A DNA stretch of 64,000 nucleotides from a virus (Duplodnaviria > Caudoviricetes): IMG/VR virus record IMGVR_UViG_3300011116_001227; one strand, given 5' to 3'. Shown here in pieces: positions 1-9,424 of the stretch. The notes under the pieces are model-generated. The model was given only the letters and a program-made list of their open reading frames with translations, had not been told where the DNA came from and searched no databases. The translations under genes were made by a program, and so were the position numbers. How positions within the stretch are numbered: the stretch's first letter is position 1; the number at the start of each line of letters is the position of its first letter.

Positions 1-1978
1 TAGTTAATTCTTCTATTTTCGACCTAATAGAAACTACTTCTGTATTTTCTTCATTTTTTAAAGCTTCTTGGAGATCGACCAAACGCTGCTGCGCTGTCTT
101 TAGAGACTCATCGATCGAGTCACAAGAAGACCTAGACTTTTCTATCTCGGTTTCTTTCTTCGAAATTTCCAATTTAATCTTTGAAGAAAGCACTGAAGCT
201 TTCTCTAATTTATCAATCTTTAATTCGATTGATTCTTTATTTAATGTAATGATCGAGTCTTTTAGTCTTGTCAGCTTTTTTAAAGTAGATGCAATCTTTT
301 TATTTTGAGATTCAATTTTATCTCTACTTTGATGAGCATCTTTAATAAATTTACATGTGGGATAATCATCTCCACAGGGAACTTCGTCCAGAATCTTTAG
401 AGATTTCTGGTGTTGATTGAGGATCGATGTTTCTTTGTCGTATAGATGATTTAACTCTGAAAGAGATCTTTCAAGCTCATTTATTGAAGAAAGTCTTCTT
501 TTTAGATCATCAATGTCATCAGAAGACTCAACTTCTTCTACAATCATTAGCTTTTTCTTCAAATCAGTAATATCTGATGATAACATTCCAATCTTTGATT
601 TGCAGTCTTGACAAGATTTAACTAATGTGTCAACTTTTTTCTCTTGCAATTGCACGTCAGTAGGCGTGACAACTTTTACTTCTTTGTGACAAGAAAGTTC
701 TGTTCTCAAATCAGATATTTCAGTCTGATGCTGATTAATAGAATGGACTAGTTCATCAATTTTTGATTCAATAACGTCTATAGAATCTTGTGCTTGTTTC
801 TTTAATTCATCCCAATTTCTATCAGGATAATTTTTTAATTGAGACTTAAAAGAATTTAAGTCTTTATTTGCAAGATCTGACATTTTGTCAAAAATGTCAA
901 GTCCTAAAAATTTTGACAAATAAGCTCTTCTTTTTGTAGATCCTTGAGAGATAAAAGAATTGATATCACCCTGCGCTGACAAAGAAGTAATTGAAAAATC
1001 TTCGTGTGTCCCAATTAAAGATCTAATAGATTTTTCAGTATCAGTTCTTAAATCTCCACACAGATCCTCAAGTTCCCCGTCTTCTTGAGCTCTAAAGAAA
1101 TTTAAAGAAGTCGTAGCATTGACTACACCTCGTTTATTCGTAGATTTGGTTGTCTGTCTTTCCGCAATATAAATTTTTCCGTTATGATCAAATATTGCTC
1201 TAGAATAACAGTGAGGTTTTCTAATATTGCAAACATGAAGATTCTTTAAGGCGCCTCTATCTGTAGTGTTAAATAGTGTATAGACCATTGTCCCTACAAT
1301 TGAAGACTTACCCGTTCTATTTGGGCCAAAGATTCCAATGATGCCATTTAACTTAGAAAAATCAATTTCATTATCTTCACCGTAGGCAAAAGTATTGTCC
1401 CACTTTAAATGCTTTAAAGACCACGTAGAACCTCTAGAAAAGTCATCTGACGAAATGACAGTCGATAAGTATTTTTTAGTCTGACCAGCTAGAGCATCCC
1501 AGTCAACTTCTGTGTTGCCGTTCTCTTTGCAGTAAGTTTGAATTAAACTTAAAATTACCTCTGGTGAGTTTAAATCTGACTTTACAATCGTAGAAGTTCC
1601 CGCTTTAATGACTTCACTTTCTGCTTTGTATTCAGATTTAAATGTTACTTCTGTGGCAGAATATTTGTTTTTTAGCGTTTCATTTAGAAAACTAATATCA
1701 TCTTGACTAAGCGAATTAGGTGATTTAATTCTAAATCTTGACTGAAGTGGGTGATTTTTAACTTCTTTTAAGAAGTCTTCTTGAGAACCTGACCATTGAA
1801 TGGTAACAAAAGGTTTTGGATTAGGGAGCTTTTTAAATGTGACATCCCAATCATTCTCATCTTTGATATCCCAAAGAAGATAACCATGGTCCAACTCCTC
1901 TGCGTAATTCTGCTGCACCGGACAACCACTGTAAGCTATCCAAGGTTTTTTTACCTTTATTTTTATCTTTTTTCCCAT
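1..1978 (-). CDS. C-terminal part of SbcD/gp47-like nuclease fused to SbcC/gp46-like SMC ATPase (partial, runs off window start)
   Basis: Not in ORF track. Manual translation from ATG at 1978: MGKKIKIKVKKPWIAYSGCPVQQNYAEELDHGYLLWDIKD (Mre11/SbcD last phosphoesterase motif region), then WSLKHLKWDNTFAYGEDNEIDFSKLNGIIGIFGPNRTGKSS (SbcC N-terminus, Walker A), then coiled coil with a central CPTCGDDY hook-like motif read as EVPCGDDYPTC; frame open at the points checked down to base 2. Confidence 0.88.
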   Translation of the reverse strand, partial: MGKKIKIKVKKPWIAYSGCPVQQNYAEELDHGYLLWDIKDENDWDVTFKKLPNPKPFVTIQWSGSQEDFLKEVKNHPLQSRFRIKSPNSLSQDDISFLNETLKNKYSATEVTFKSEYKAESEVIKAGTSTIVKSDLNSPEVILSLIQTYCKENGNTEVDWDALAGQTKKYLSTVISSDDFSRGSTWSLKHLKWDNTFAYGEDNEIDFSKLNGIIGIFGPNRTGKSSIVGTMVYTLFNTTDRGALKNLHVCNIRKPHCYSRAIFDHNGKIYIAERQTTKSTNKRGVVNATTSLNFFRAQEDGELEDLCGDLRTDTEKSIRSLIGTHEDFSITSLSAQGDINSFISQGSTKRRAYLSKFLGLDIFDKMSDLANKDLNSFKSQLKNYPDRNWDELKKQAQDSIDVIESKIDELVHSINQHQTEISDLRTELSCHKEVKVVTPTDVQLQEKKVDTLVKSCQDCKSKIGMLSSDITDLKKKLMIVEEVESSDDIDDLKRRLSSINELERSLSELNHLYDKETSILNQHQKSLKILDEVPCGDDYPTCKFIKDAHQSRDKIESQNKKIASTLKKLTRLKDSIITLNKESIELKIDKLEKASVLSSKIKLEISKKETEIEKSRSSCDSIDESLKTAQQRLVDLQEALKNEENTEVVSIRSKIEELT

Positions 1979-2865
1979 AACTTCTTAGTCAAAACTTTTG
2001 AAAAATTTTCACTTATTATTTCTGATTCCCAAAATCTTAATAGATGTAACCTTGCATCTATTGCAAGCTGATTTTTTATGTTATCATTAACAAAATTGTA
2101 CTCTTGGATGTGATCTTTTTCTTTGTATAGAGACGGATTTGCATGCCAATAATCACCATCACATTCAATCAATATTTTCATCTCAGGAATATAAAAATCA
2201 AATTCTCTCTTTACTAAATCTAATTCAAGAGTGTAGGGATGAACAAATTGTATTTGTAAAGAAGTTAATAACTCATATACTATTTTTTCTATTCTCGTGT
2301 CTCTTTTAGGAATAGCTTCTTTTGCAATCTGCTGACTTGTTTTTCCGTATAACTCAATATTCGTTTTTTCACATTTTTTACGAACATCCCTGTTTGACCA
2401 CGGATGTTTAAATCCATATTTTTCTTCGCACGTTTTCTTACGTTTTTCTTTACTAAACTCAAGTTGTCCTAGAGAACAACCTGTCTCTTTTTTTCTTCTA
2501 TCAGAAACTTGTTTCATTAATTCTGAATGATTAATGACGTTTTCCTCTTTACTCCAATATATTTTTTGAGATTCTCTTACAAGGCTTCTTGTTTCTTCTG
2601 ATGGAGAAATTCCGTACATCGGATTATTTTCACCAATGTATGTTATTTTTTGATGATCATCTTTACACGATCTTGAACAATATCTCTTATTTTTTTCGGA
2701 TTTCCAATCCTTACAAAAAACAAATTCTTCTTGACAATTTTCACATTTCTTTTTTTCTCTAGCTGCCTTAGTATTCTGCTTTGCTACACCTACAGCTTGA
2801 CATTTTCTACTACAATAACTCTTTTGTTTTGCAAGTTGTTCATCGCAGTTATTACATTTTTTCAT
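1963..2865 (-). CDS. Free-standing homing endonuclease, Vsr-like/EDxHD (DUF559-type) with Zn-finger and NUMOD3-like DNA-binding modules
   Basis: Two CxxC...YCSRxC motifs, GENNPMYG...SEETR, KRKKTCEEKYG, C-terminal DFYIPEMKILIECDGDYWH...D...LLRFWESE; lies between two halves of sbcD. Confidence 0.85.
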   Translation of the reverse strand: MKKCNNCDEQLAKQKSYCSRKCQAVGVAKQNTKAAREKKKCENCQEEFVFCKDWKSEKNKRYCSRSCKDDHQKITYIGENNPMYGISPSEETRSLVRESQKIYWSKEENVINHSELMKQVSDRRKKETGCSLGQLEFSKEKRKKTCEEKYGFKHPWSNRDVRKKCEKTNIELYGKTSQQIAKEAIPKRDTRIEKIVYELLTSLQIQFVHPYTLELDLVKREFDFYIPEMKILIECDGDYWHANPSLYKEKDHIQEYNFVNDNIKNQLAIDARLHLLRFWESEIISENFSKVLTKKLWEKR

Positions 2866-2872
2866 TGTAATA

Positions 2873-2902
2873 ACTATACCTGCTCAACAAAATCTTGCTG
2901 AA
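2873..2902 (-). promoter_or_regulatory. Candidate sigma70-type promoter for the endonuclease (TTCAGC-N18-TATAGT, 7 nt before ATG)
   Basis: Read directly from the 37-nt spacer; the -35 match is weak. Confidence 0.35.
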
Positions 2903-3553
2903 TTATTCAATGATGGTACATCCAGGATATTTGTATAAATCATCTTCATCTATCTCTATTTCTACTTCTCTAAAATCAAGATACTGAGTCTTGTGAATGT
3001 CACCGAGAAACACATAAGGATAATCTTTAAAAAACTCAACCTTCAACTGTGCTTCATCTAGTTCCCATCCAGATTCAGTAACTGCACCGTGAACAGGACC
3101 ATGATAACATGCAATGTTGATCTTACCAGGTTCTGGTTTGACATTCTTCCACCCCTCTTCGTCAAAGAGTGAATAAACACACCAATTAAATCCAGGTTGA
3201 AACTCATAAACGCCGCTCTTCTTATAGAGATGAACCTTGGGATTATTTAATGCTGTTACGATAGGAGACACGGCATCTTGTCTGGACAGATTAGTCAAAT
3301 TGCCATCATGATTTCCTAAAGTTAAATGAACTGGTGCTACTTCAGCCATTGCTTCGAGCCACCAAGTTAATTGGTCAATATACTCGGGTGAGATGCCAGT
3401 TGTTTTGGTATGGAAAATGTCGCCACCGACAAAGATATGATCGACTTTATTCTTCTTGCAATCTTTTACAAATGCTGTAAAAACTTCTCGATATTCATCG
3501 TGACGACTTAAACCACGCCAATGTATGTCGGCAGTATGTGCAATCTTTAGCAT
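2903..3553 (-). CDS. sbcD: N-terminal part of SbcD/Mre11/gp47-like metallophosphoesterase nuclease
   Basis: Motifs DIHW, GGDIFH, GNHD, YHG, LGDIHK present; final motif region is in the downstream ORF. Confidence 0.88.
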   Translation of the reverse strand: MLKIAHTADIHWRGLSRHDEYREVFTAFVKDCKKNKVDHIFVGGDIFHTKTTGISPEYIDQLTWWLEAMAEVAPVHLTLGNHDGNLTNLSRQDAVSPIVTALNNPKVHLYKKSGVYEFQPGFNWCVYSLFDEEGWKNVKPEPGKINIACYHGPVHGAVTESGWELDEAQLKVEFFKDYPYVFLGDIHKTQYLDFREVEIEIDEDDLYKYPGCTIIE

Positions 3554-3614
3554 CTAAGTTATAAGCATACAATGCTTTTATTGTCATGTTTAAATCTAGT
3601 CAATATAAACATTG

Positions 3615-4589
3615 CTAAAATACAAAGCTAGACGAAGTTACTTTTTCGAGTCTATTTGAAAATAAGTCGACCCATTCCATGGGTTTTGCATTTATAAGTG
3701 CATCTTCAAATTGTTTTTTCGTCATTGCTCCTGGATCTCCCCACGGTCTTACATCTACAACGATTACATCAACGTTGTATTCTTTCAATTTTTTAACGAT
3801 TTTTGGAGTTTTCTTGTTCCACATATCACCGTCAAGAGCGAGAGCGACAGGTGTTTGATGGATTAAAATTTTATTGAAGAGTTCGTGTCTTTCGTCTAGA
3901 TCAGAACCAAGAAGAGCTGTTGAATTTTCAGTACATTTAACTAAATCAAATGGACCTTCACATAAAACAAGTCTTTTAGACCAGTCGATGTTGATCTCAT
4001 TAAAAACAATTGGATTTTTATCTACATCAGGATTGTCATACTTCGGTCTTCGTGTAGGATCAATAGCTCGAGCAGCAAAATAGTTTAAATGTCCTCGATT
4101 ATTAAAAGAGGGCATTATAATTCTTCGCTTCCATCGAGTCTCATTTGACAAACCAAACTTGAAGTACCAAGCATCCTTCTCGGTTAGACCTCGACTTTCA
4201 ACGTAGTTCCAAGCTGCTTTAACATCCGGATCTGAAGTACTTGAAAGTGTCAGTAGACAAAAATCTTTTGGCAGTTCTATCTTCTTTTCTGCTTCAACTT
4301 CTGCAGTGATTATTTTAGAATCACCTAATCCAAAGAGTTCTTTGTAAGAACTTAACTGTGAATTTGTTCCATATTTTCTGATAAGAGGAGCGAGGCTTCT
4401 AGCCTTCCATCCGCAAGTCCAGCAATGATTAGCATCATCAGACGTTCTAATTGCAAGTTTCTTTTTGCTGGCATCTGAAGGAGAACAAATTGGACAGCGA
4501 ACGTCAAAATTCTTACCGTTTCCAGAAAGTCGACCTCTTCCAAAGATCGATTCATAAAAATTGATTTTATCAGTCAGCGAAAAAACCAC
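3615..4589 (-). CDS. DnaG-like phage DNA primase (Zn finger + TOPRIM)
   Basis: CPIC...HCWTCG zinc finger, YVESRGL, RIIMP, CEGPFD, LALDGD, DPG. Confidence 0.8.
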   Translation of the reverse strand: MVFSLTDKINFYESIFGRGRLSGNGKNFDVRCPICSPSDASKKKLAIRTSDDANHCWTCGWKARSLAPLIRKYGTNSQLSSYKELFGLGDSKIITAEVEAEKKIELPKDFCLLTLSSTSDPDVKAAWNYVESRGLTEKDAWYFKFGLSNETRWKRRIIMPSFNNRGHLNYFAARAIDPTRRPKYDNPDVDKNPIVFNEINIDWSKRLVLCEGPFDLVKCTENSTALLGSDLDERHELFNKILIHQTPVALALDGDMWNKKTPKIVKKLKEYNVDVIVVDVRPWGDPGAMTKKQFEDALINAKPMEWVDLFSNRLEKVTSSSFVF

Positions 4590-4621
4590 AAATTTAATCT
4601 AACACGAAGAACTTAGACTGT

Positions 4622-5182
4622 TCATTTTTTGATCAAACTTGCAGCACGTGCAATCACATAAGCATCAGTCATATCTCTACTGGCGTCTATTGGCTCACCA
4701 TTTTTCTTAGTTTGCCACTGAATATGACTTAAATCATTTTCAGACATGTACTTAAATACTTGCTCTTTTCCGTTCATGCCTGCAATAGCAGTTTTCTGCA
4801 TTTTGATTCCACAAATCTTTCTTGCTGTAGAAGAAGAAATATATTCGGGATCAATCTTAAAAACTTCTCTAGAAATGTAGGACACTATTCCATTAAATCT
4901 CATGAGAGTCGTGATGGTCGCAGCAGAAGACATTCCAGTGCGAAATCCCATAAGAGGTTCTTCAAGAACAACTCTATAATCTCCAGGGAATCTTTTTGCA
5001 AGATCGAAGAATTCAATAGCAATTTTATCAGCTTTTTCCCAAAGTGTCTTGCACTTCTTAAAGTCGACTCGATCAAGATAAGTAATGTGGGCACCTTTAG
5101 AGTCAGGAATAATCCCAGGGTCTAGAATACATACCCCTGTCACAGAAGTCGAAACATCGAGGCCGAGGATCAAATTACCCAC
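4622..5182 (-). CDS. RuvC-like Holliday junction resolvase
   Basis: ILGLDVSTSVTGVC, VVLEEP, C-terminal DMTDAYVIA acidic motifs of RNase H fold. Confidence 0.75.
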   Translation of the reverse strand: MGNLILGLDVSTSVTGVCILDPGIIPDSKGAHITYLDRVDFKKCKTLWEKADKIAIEFFDLAKRFPGDYRVVLEEPLMGFRTGMSSAATITTLMRFNGIVSYISREVFKIDPEYISSSTARKICGIKMQKTAIAGMNGKEQVFKYMSENDLSHIQWQTKKNGEPIDASRDMTDAYVIARAASLIKK

Positions 5183-5221
5183 TCGATGATTGTTGACACA
5201 GATTGACTTATGTAAATCTTT

Positions 5222-5641
5222 TTAAATAAGACCCATATTCTTTAATTCAATTTCTGTCAATATTACGTAAGTGGCTCCGAATGTTTCGCACCAGGCTTGA
5301 GCAGCTGTAGTCTTCTTCTTCACTATAGCTTGCTCAAGCTTTCTTTTTTGTTTGATCTCTATTACTTTTTTAGATCCATCAGAAAATTCAACATAAAAAT
5401 CCGGAAAGTATCTTCGTATTTTTTTAGTCTTTTGATTAGAGACATATTCTATCACTAATTTTTCATAAGTCCAAGAAGAGACGTCAGGATTCTCGTCTAG
5501 ATGAATCATGTATTTCTGTTCCCAGCCAGATCTAAAATTGTATTGAATGCCAGACTTTGTCGAAGAATACGTGCCTCTATGATATCGACTGCGTTTCTTC
5601 TTTTTGCGTGATTTTTTTGGCATACAAAATTTAGCTGTCAA
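5222..5641 (-). CDS. TnsA-N-like endonuclease, T4 gp4 head-completion type
   Basis: FRSGWE, WTYE, RYFPDFYV, IEIKQ; basic N-terminus. Confidence 0.65.
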   Translation of the reverse strand: MTAKFCMPKKSRKKKKRSRYHRGTYSSTKSGIQYNFRSGWEQKYMIHLDENPDVSSWTYEKLVIEYVSNQKTKKIRRYFPDFYVEFSDGSKKVIEIKQKRKLEQAIVKKKTTAAQAWCETFGATYVILTEIELKNMGLI

Positions 5642-8153
5642 AAGAAATCTTAAAGAGAATCTTGTCTCCAGATCTCTTAATGATCGGCTGCGCTAATTTA
5701 GCTTTAGCTATTACATTCATGTTTTCATCATGAAAATTCACGCCGGTCACGTAAATGAATTTATCTTTATCAGTCGGATCCCCCGAAGCTCTCATTGTCT
5801 CTTGACTGAGATTATATGAAGGATTAGAAGAAGAATTTAGCATTCCTGAGTCAGCTAAAATTTCGTACTTCGTTGAATAGATGTTACTAACACCCTTAAA
5901 AGAAATCTCATATTGATTTTTTCCAAAGAAGTAGAGATGTGGACTCTTAATAAGAATTATACCTTCATCGTAGAAGATATTACCTACACTGTTCTGTGTC
6001 GCGCAAGATGTGTCTGAGTCAGCTCTATAGAGATTTCCTAAACTATCGTCTTTTAATGTGACTCCGACAGTTCCTTCAGACCCAGATATAGCTGTGTCAG
6101 AAATAGAAAAGCTTCCTGGAAGAATTCTTCTTCCATAATAAAGATTACTGATATTAAAGATAGTCACCTGATTTGACGATGGCTCTCTTAGAGTTTTAAA
6201 GATAGTTAACGGTAAATTTTTCTGTACTCCTCTATCGAAAGAAGCATCATCTACAGATGCTGAAAGCTGATCATATATTTTTTGATAATAAGTCTCTGAT
6301 CCTGGACCTGGTGGTAAACCAGCATATTCAGCATTAGCACCATAAATTGATTTATTAAATTCAATTGCATTTGAGAGAGAAGGATCGTATTGTCCTAATC
6401 CGCTTCCGCTCAGAGTATCTATTGATACAAGATCGTCAAGATAAATGTAGCTCCAATCAACAGCTCCCAAAGAATTGACAAATTTACTTGTGTATTTCTC
6501 TGATTTTAGCAATTCGTAATTTGGATCAAAAGTTCCATCATCACAAGGAAGAATCGTCAAATTTCTCTTTGAAACTCCCGACATATTATATAGAGCACTA
6601 TTTGCTTCTATAGGATCAGACGTGTAATCAATAAGAGACGCTGTGAGATTCATTAATCTTGGAAACTGTGAATTAGAAAAATCCTTGCAGAAATTTTCAA
6701 GATTTATGTAATGACCATTGACTCCGAAAGCCATCGAAACATTAAAAGGATCGTCAGTTGTTCCGTCTATAGCGAAGAAGGGCGTCTGAGGTATTCCTCC
6801 AGATCCATTAACATCTCTTCTTATCGCTGATTCTTGCACAAAGAATGGAGGTAAATAGAAAGCTATTTTTGTATTGTCTAATGAGTCTATTCCAAGACCG
6901 GACAAACTAGAAGAATGAATGTCAGAATCAAGAGAATAATATCTTTTAATTGAGAGATCATGAACTTCAGCTTTAAGAGGATGTCTAAAAGAATAACTTT
7001 CAGGATTATCACGCGAAGTGTCTGAAATTAATTCAGCAACTCCATCTCTCTTTGAAGAGTTTGTAGTAAAAAAGTAGCTTTGTGAAGAATTGCCTGAATT
7101 CATTCCTTCGTAAAAGTTTCCAATACAAAGTGCAGAAGGATCACTGTGTGTATTTGAAGAAACAGGATTAATAGTTCCAGAGGGAACAACGAAGTAACCT
7201 CTATTTTTTCCATTTACTATAAATGATCCTGATCCATCGTTTAATGTATTGGTTCCCCATCTGACAACAACGTGATGCCATTTATTAAAATCAAGAACAT
7301 TGTCATCTGATAAAAATACCAAATCATTTGGATAAGATCCTTCAGCAGCTTGCGATGGAGGTATATCTGCACTGTGAAGTAATTGAAGCATTAATCTAAA
7401 AGATGAAGGTTGACCTGATGGATCTTTTAAAGATCCTGTCACAAGAGAAAGAGCATAACTTGAAGATAAATGAAAAATTGTTCCTGCTTTAAAATAAGCC
7501 TCGTCAATTCCATCTTTTTTGTATCTTGGATTGATATGAAAATCAAAAGTAAAAGCGCCAGACAAGCAGTAAGTTCCTGAAACATGACCTACTTGATCTG
7601 GTAAATTGCTATTCAAGATATTTGGGTAGACAAGAACAGACGATGTAGGAATTAATTTTGAATCTGAAGAAACGCTAAAAAAATTTAGAGAATGATAATT
7701 TGTATAAGCCCAATGAGCATGAGGATAATCAGCTCTATAGTGCTTCATTAAGATGTCTTTAATGCTATTTTTAGCAGTAGTGTACTTCGTGACATTTATA
7801 GTCGGTGTAAATCTTTCAACTTCTAGCGTGCTTATGGGTTTTAAACTAGAATCGTGAACAAGCTGTATGTATTGACCAACATTTTGTGTGATAGATTGAT
7901 TAGCTTCTCTCTTGGATCTGGAGACATTTTTTATTGCTTCATACGCAGTTTTAAAGTTTGAAACAGACCAGTTTCCGTAGTCATTACCATCAAGAAATGC
8001 TTCTCCAGTCATAATTTTTTCTGAAGAAGAAAGTCGTGGAAATACTTTTACTGATCCTGTTACGCCAGAAGATCCAGACGAGTATTCTCGTCTGGGTGTA
8101 GTAACGATTGTGAAATGTTCTACATCTTCTCTTTCAACAGGTATAATTGCCAT
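5631..8153 (-). CDS. Large virion structural protein with LamG/concanavalin-like domain
   Basis: FTFDFHINP, KWHHVVVRW, GNIFYDEGII; C-terminal YVTGVNFHDENMNVIAKAKLAQPIIK shared with next gene. Confidence 0.6.
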   Translation of the reverse strand: MAIIPVEREDVEHFTIVTTPRREYSSGSSGVTGSVKVFPRLSSSEKIMTGEAFLDGNDYGNWSVSNFKTAYEAIKNVSRSKREANQSITQNVGQYIQLVHDSSLKPISTLEVERFTPTINVTKYTTAKNSIKDILMKHYRADYPHAHWAYTNYHSLNFFSVSSDSKLIPTSSVLVYPNILNSNLPDQVGHVSGTYCLSGAFTFDFHINPRYKKDGIDEAYFKAGTIFHLSSSYALSLVTGSLKDPSGQPSSFRLMLQLLHSADIPPSQAAEGSYPNDLVFLSDDNVLDFNKWHHVVVRWGTNTLNDGSGSFIVNGKNRGYFVVPSGTINPVSSNTHSDPSALCIGNFYEGMNSGNSSQSYFFTTNSSKRDGVAELISDTSRDNPESYSFRHPLKAEVHDLSIKRYYSLDSDIHSSSLSGLGIDSLDNTKIAFYLPPFFVQESAIRRDVNGSGGIPQTPFFAIDGTTDDPFNVSMAFGVNGHYINLENFCKDFSNSQFPRLMNLTASLIDYTSDPIEANSALYNMSGVSKRNLTILPCDDGTFDPNYELLKSEKYTSKFVNSLGAVDWSYIYLDDLVSIDTLSGSGLGQYDPSLSNAIEFNKSIYGANAEYAGLPPGPGSETYYQKIYDQLSASVDDASFDRGVQKNLPLTIFKTLREPSSNQVTIFNISNLYYGRRILPGSFSISDTAISGSEGTVGVTLKDDSLGNLYRADSDTSCATQNSVGNIFYDEGIILIKSPHLYFFGKNQYEISFKGVSNIYSTKYEILADSGMLNSSSNPSYNLSQETMRASGDPTDKDKFIYVTGVNFHDENMNVIAKAKLAQPIIKRSGDKILFKISFDS

Positions 8154-8172
8154 TTTAGCCTGAATCTAGACA

Positions 8173-9411
8173 TCAGAAATCAAGTCTAACTCTAAAAGTA
8201 AGATCTCTACCAGAACTCTTTTCAACTGGTCTGCTTAATTTAGCAACAGCTAGTAAGCCGCCTGAAGCATCGTATAAACCAATAGTTGTAACATAAGCAA
8301 AGGTTTCTTGTACCTCATCAGGAAGTGCAGGATCATAGATTGTGAGTCTACCTTCATTTGTTGTTCCGGCAGGCTCTACGTAAGTAGGATTAGATGAGAA
8401 ATTAAAGTCATCTGGCATTGCTCTGCAGAATATCAGCGACGAGTTGATGTTTGTAACATTTTGGAAAGTTATTGCAGTATTCGTGCTGCTTCCGAATCTT
8501 GTAAAGCAGAAATGATCAATAATGTTATCAACGCTTCCTGAAGTCATAAAATCAGGAACAAGCTTTGATTTTCCTGCAGTTTCTGTACCAGATGCTCCAA
8601 GAACAAGTTGACCAGTTGCAGTCATTGCATCAATCGTTCCAGACATAAATTGAGAACCAGATGTTATTTTCTCAATGTCGAGGACAGCAACACCATAGTC
8701 ATAATAAAGTCTTCCAACTGCTCTAGAAGTATTAGAAGCATCAACAAGGTAACCATATTGACCTCCAATACTAAAGAATTTTTGATCAGAAGAACCAATG
8801 TCTGTAAAGATCATTGATCCTGATGTTGTAGGTCTATTAAGATTGGGTTTGTTTACGTCTGTCGATGCTGTTGCAAAAAGCTTCATTGCAAAAGTCTCTC
8901 GTTTGATTTGATCTCTTGCAAAGAGTCTCTTAAACGCAATAAACATCGCAGAATCAATCTCTGTTGTTGTTGTATTAGAAGAGGTAGAAGATGCGTCTAC
9001 AGGAAGCGTAAAGACTTCAGTTCTACTTCCAAGTAGTGTTTGAGAAAATTGGCTGTATAAATCAGTTTTTTCTCTCATCATGAGAGAGCTACTTGGATAA
9101 AGATACTTCCCACCAGAATCTTGAGCTGTTGAAGCAATTGAAGCGACACCATCACTTTTTGCTTCTGGCGGTGCTAGACCGACTGTTACGTCAAATACTG
9201 GGTTCGCAGTCTGAAGAGTAAAGTCTTGATCGTAGACTGTTTGGAATAACGAAGATGTTACTCCCGGCCCGATTCCACCCGTGACGTAAACTTGATACTT
9301 TCTTCTCGATACAGATGAAGAAATGTCTTCTTGTAGTACGTCTATAAGCTGATTAAGAAAAGATCTCGTCGTTTTTTTGTCGCCTGAACCGAGCTGCTTA
9401 GATAAGGCCAT
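8173..9411 (-). CDS. Virion structural protein, paralogous C-terminus to 5631-8153
   Basis: GRLYYDYGVAV; YVTTIGLYDASGGLLAVAKLSRPVEK. Confidence 0.55.
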   Translation of the reverse strand: MALSKQLGSGDKKTTRSFLNQLIDVLQEDISSSVSRRKYQVYVTGGIGPGVTSSLFQTVYDQDFTLQTANPVFDVTVGLAPPEAKSDGVASIASTAQDSGGKYLYPSSSLMMREKTDLYSQFSQTLLGSRTEVFTLPVDASSTSSNTTTTEIDSAMFIAFKRLFARDQIKRETFAMKLFATASTDVNKPNLNRPTTSGSMIFTDIGSSDQKFFSIGGQYGYLVDASNTSRAVGRLYYDYGVAVLDIEKITSGSQFMSGTIDAMTATGQLVLGASGTETAGKSKLVPDFMTSGSVDNIIDHFCFTRFGSSTNTAITFQNVTNINSSLIFCRAMPDDFNFSSNPTYVEPAGTTNEGRLTIYDPALPDEVQETFAYVTTIGLYDASGGLLAVAKLSRPVEKSSGRDLTFRVRLDF

Positions 9412-9424
9412 TTTTCCTCTTTGA

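Noticed and set aside
1963-2902. Group I intron or split intein explaining the sbcD break
   Set aside because: Non-coding flanks total 37 nt and no P7-type motifs were seen; no N-terminal Cys/Ser Hint block after the break and no His-Asn + Cys/Ser/Thr at the restart
4760-5125. Antisense ORFs over 100 aa (also 13100-13429, 39746-40147, 51212-51550, 51761-52237) and other short nested ORFs
   Set aside because: They lie wholly or almost wholly opposite well-supported genes, with no motifs or RBS; shadow ORFs
5222-5641. Tn7 transposon (TnsA)
   Set aside because: No TnsB/TnsC or terminal repeats; context fits the gp4-like phage nuclease
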